Shown: piece after piece, positions 61,384 through 63,154 of the stretch
Numbering within the stretch: the stretch's first letter is position 1
Layout of the letters: every line of letters starts with the position of its first letter
Assembly (NCBI RefSeq): GCF_001194135.2
Contig: NC_068982.1
Location: 115,505,428-115,568,581 of the forward strand
DNA: 63,154 bases
Source: Octopus bimaculoides
Taxonomy: Eukaryota
Direction: 5' to 3'
The notes under the pieces: generated by a model
The model's database searches: none
Told to the model about the DNA's origin: nothing
What the model saw: the letters and a program-made list of their open reading frames with translations, nothing else
Program-made: the position numbers and the translations under genes

Positions 61384-61496
61384 GTAATAACTTAAAAGAA
61401 GCTAGTTTACAGCAACAATTCTACCGTAATGTTACTGATGTTGAAGGTTGGTTGGTTGATATTGAGGGGCAGTTGATGTCTGAAGATTTTGGCAAG
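61384..61496 (+). CDS. SPTAN1: alpha-spectrin coding exon 17
   Basis: tacag|GT AAT...AAG|gtaacc; NNLKEASLQQQFYRNVTDVEGWLVDIEGQLMSEDFGK. Confidence 0.95.
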
Positions 61497-61610
61497 GTAA
61501 CCTCTGGTTTTCTAGCTCAGCTACCTCATGAAACAATACTGTTGAATTATTTATCCATTTGATAGTTCACATATATTAACCATATCATTACTCTTCTTAT
61601 TCTGTATTAG

Positions 61611-61679
61611 GATTTAACCAGTGTACAGAACCTGCAAAAAAAACATGGATTACTGGAAGCAGACATTACGGCTCATCAA
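61611..61679 (+). CDS. SPTAN1: alpha-spectrin coding exon 18
   Basis: attag|GAT...CAA|gtaaat; DLTSVQNLQKKHGLLEADITAHQ. Confidence 0.95.
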
Positions 61680-62433
61680 GTAAATATTAAAACTTTGTAT
61701 TTATGCTCTTTTACTTTTAGATCTGAAACCTTATATTTCCAATAATCTCTTGTGTGTTTGTGATACACATACATATACTGACGCACATGCGCATATGTTA
61801 GCTAGTTTTAGAAATTAGGAGCAGTCTTGATTTTAATTTCTCTTTGCTATTACTACAATGACCTGAACTCTAAAATTTACCTCCTTTACTCAAACTGAAT
61901 GAAAATATTTAGCCGCACATATATCTCTGCAGTGTTTTTAAGGTTCCAAATTCAACATTTATCCAGCAAACTAAGTTCCTCAGAAAAAAATTGAGGAACC
62001 AATGAATTCTAAGTGGTTAGAAGGATTAGGTATATTGTTTAGTGCAGGATCTAGATGACAGGAGAGGCAGGTATTTTATGCTGGTTTTGGTTTTGTGTGA
62101 TGGACCATTTGTAAGAAATGGAGAAACACCTCTAAGCATTGTGGTCTGGGAAATACTCTCACCACTCCAATTGGCTGTTCTAAAATGTTTTGTTTTTATC
62201 AAAATATTAATTGTTCAAACAGCGATTAGTAGAGGACTAATTTATATTATGTTTGAATACCAGGATTATTTCTAGCAGTCAAGACTTGGAAAATTTAGCA
62301 TTTTATTTTTTTAAAATTGGGATTCATGATGTCCATAATTTTTTTTAACATAAGATTCATAATTTAAGATACAGTTAATTTGTTGTTGAAAGATTGAACC
62401 AGTATTTACTCTAATTAATATTTCTTATTTTAG

Positions 62434-62550
62434 GATCGCGTTGATGGGATCCATGTTCAGGCTCAGGCATTTGTTGAATCTGGTCATTTTGATGTTGAAA
62501 ACATTCAGAAAAGGAAAAACGAAGTTCTTGGACGTTACAAATCTCTCCAG
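62434..62550 (+). CDS. SPTAN1: alpha-spectrin coding exon 19
   Basis: tttag|GAT...CAG|gtaaaa; DRVDGIHVQAQAFVESGHFDVENIQKRKNEVLGRYKSLQ. Confidence 0.95.
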
Positions 62551-62675
62551 GTAAAAATCCTTAATATGTATGTTATTTATTCATTATTTGAAAATATTTT
62601 AGTAATATATTCTACATTGTAGGTTTAGTTGCAATAGTTAAGCACTGTCTGAAAATTATACCCCCTCCATTTCAG

Positions 62676-62802
62676 GAACCAACAGGTGGTCGTAAACAGA
62701 AGTTGGATGATGCTCTCCGACTTCAGCAGTTTCTTCGTGATGTTGAGGATGAAGAAGATTGGATCAGAGAGAAAGAACCTATTGCTGCTTCTACAAACAG
62801 AG
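62676..62802 (+). CDS. SPTAN1: alpha-spectrin coding exon 20 (ends phase 1; gene continues)
   Basis: ttcag|GAA...AGA G|gtaaga; EPTGGRKQKLDDALRLQQFLRDVEDEEDWIREKEPIAASTNR(G). Confidence 0.96.
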
Positions 62803-62824
62803 GTAAGAAATAAGGGTTTTCACA

Positions 62825-63154
62825 AAACTCTATAAGATGTACCCGGTGCAAGCTATGGACACATAAGAGGTGCAGCAACATCAAAGGCAGGTTAACTAGC
62901 AAGTTAGTTTTTGTTTGTGGCAGATGTTCAGGTGCAATAAAGACTGTAAACAAACAGGAAACAACTTCTATCTCATTCCAGGGTGAAAAACTAGAGGTAG
63001 TCGATAGCTTCCGCTATCTGGGCGACCAAGTTAGTAGTGGGGGTGGGTGCGCTGAAAGTGTAGCTGCTAGAATAAGAATAGCCTGGGCAAAGTTTAGAGA
63101 GCTCTTACCCCTGCTGGCGACAAAGGGACTCTCACTCAGAGTAAAAGGCAGACT
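62825..63154 (+). mobile_element. Young 5'-truncated RTE LINE, open frame to the window edge
   Basis: NSIRCTRCKLWTHKRCSNIKGRLTSKLVFVCGRC...LEVVDSFRYLGDQV...ARIRIAWAKFRELLPLLATKGLSLRVKGR. Confidence 0.93.

Larger units (their letters stand above)
42308..62802 (+). other. SPTAN1: Alpha-spectrin gene, 5' coding portion (20 coding exons, 815 codons); 3' end outside the window
   Basis: Exons splice in frame via GT-AG into MTDVQPREVKILETAEDIQLRREEVISRY...DPTNLQ/AKIQKHQAFEAEVAAH..., with ~106-aa spectrin repeats and conserved Trp. The N-terminal partial repeat 0 is typical of alpha-spectrin. The single invertebrate gene is co-orthologous to SPTAN1/SPTA1. Confidence 0.97.

Overview
AT-rich, microsatellite-rich animal genomic DNA with 7 assembly gaps. 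The source is most likely a coleoid cephalopod (Octopus), inferred from the tRNA-derived SINEs and RTE tails ending in (GAT)n. The only host protein-coding gene I can support is alpha-spectrin on the + strand. It has 20 GT-AG coding exons from 42317 to 62802 (815 codons: partial repeat 0, spectrin repeats 1-7, start of repeat 8) and continues beyond the window. The ATG exon has a splice acceptor, so non-coding 5' exon(s) lie upstream; the best candidate is at about 11618-11813, implying a first intron of about 30 kb. Most other recognisable sequence is transposon relics: three mariners, a DD36E Tc1 interrupted by a solo LTR, many RTE LINE 3' fragments, two L1/Tx1-clade fragments and several SINE families. 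Main leads: (1) a PHD finger embedded in the RTE reverse transcriptase; (2) a Tx1-like LINE nested in a SINE head with a microhomology-duplicated junction; (3) a DD36E (Incomer-type) Tc1; (4) a perfect 283-bp inverted RTE pair that could be an ADAR substrate; (5) a stop-free in-frame spectrin intron. There are no CRISPR, rRNA or true tRNA genes. All alignments were done by eye and no database search was run.
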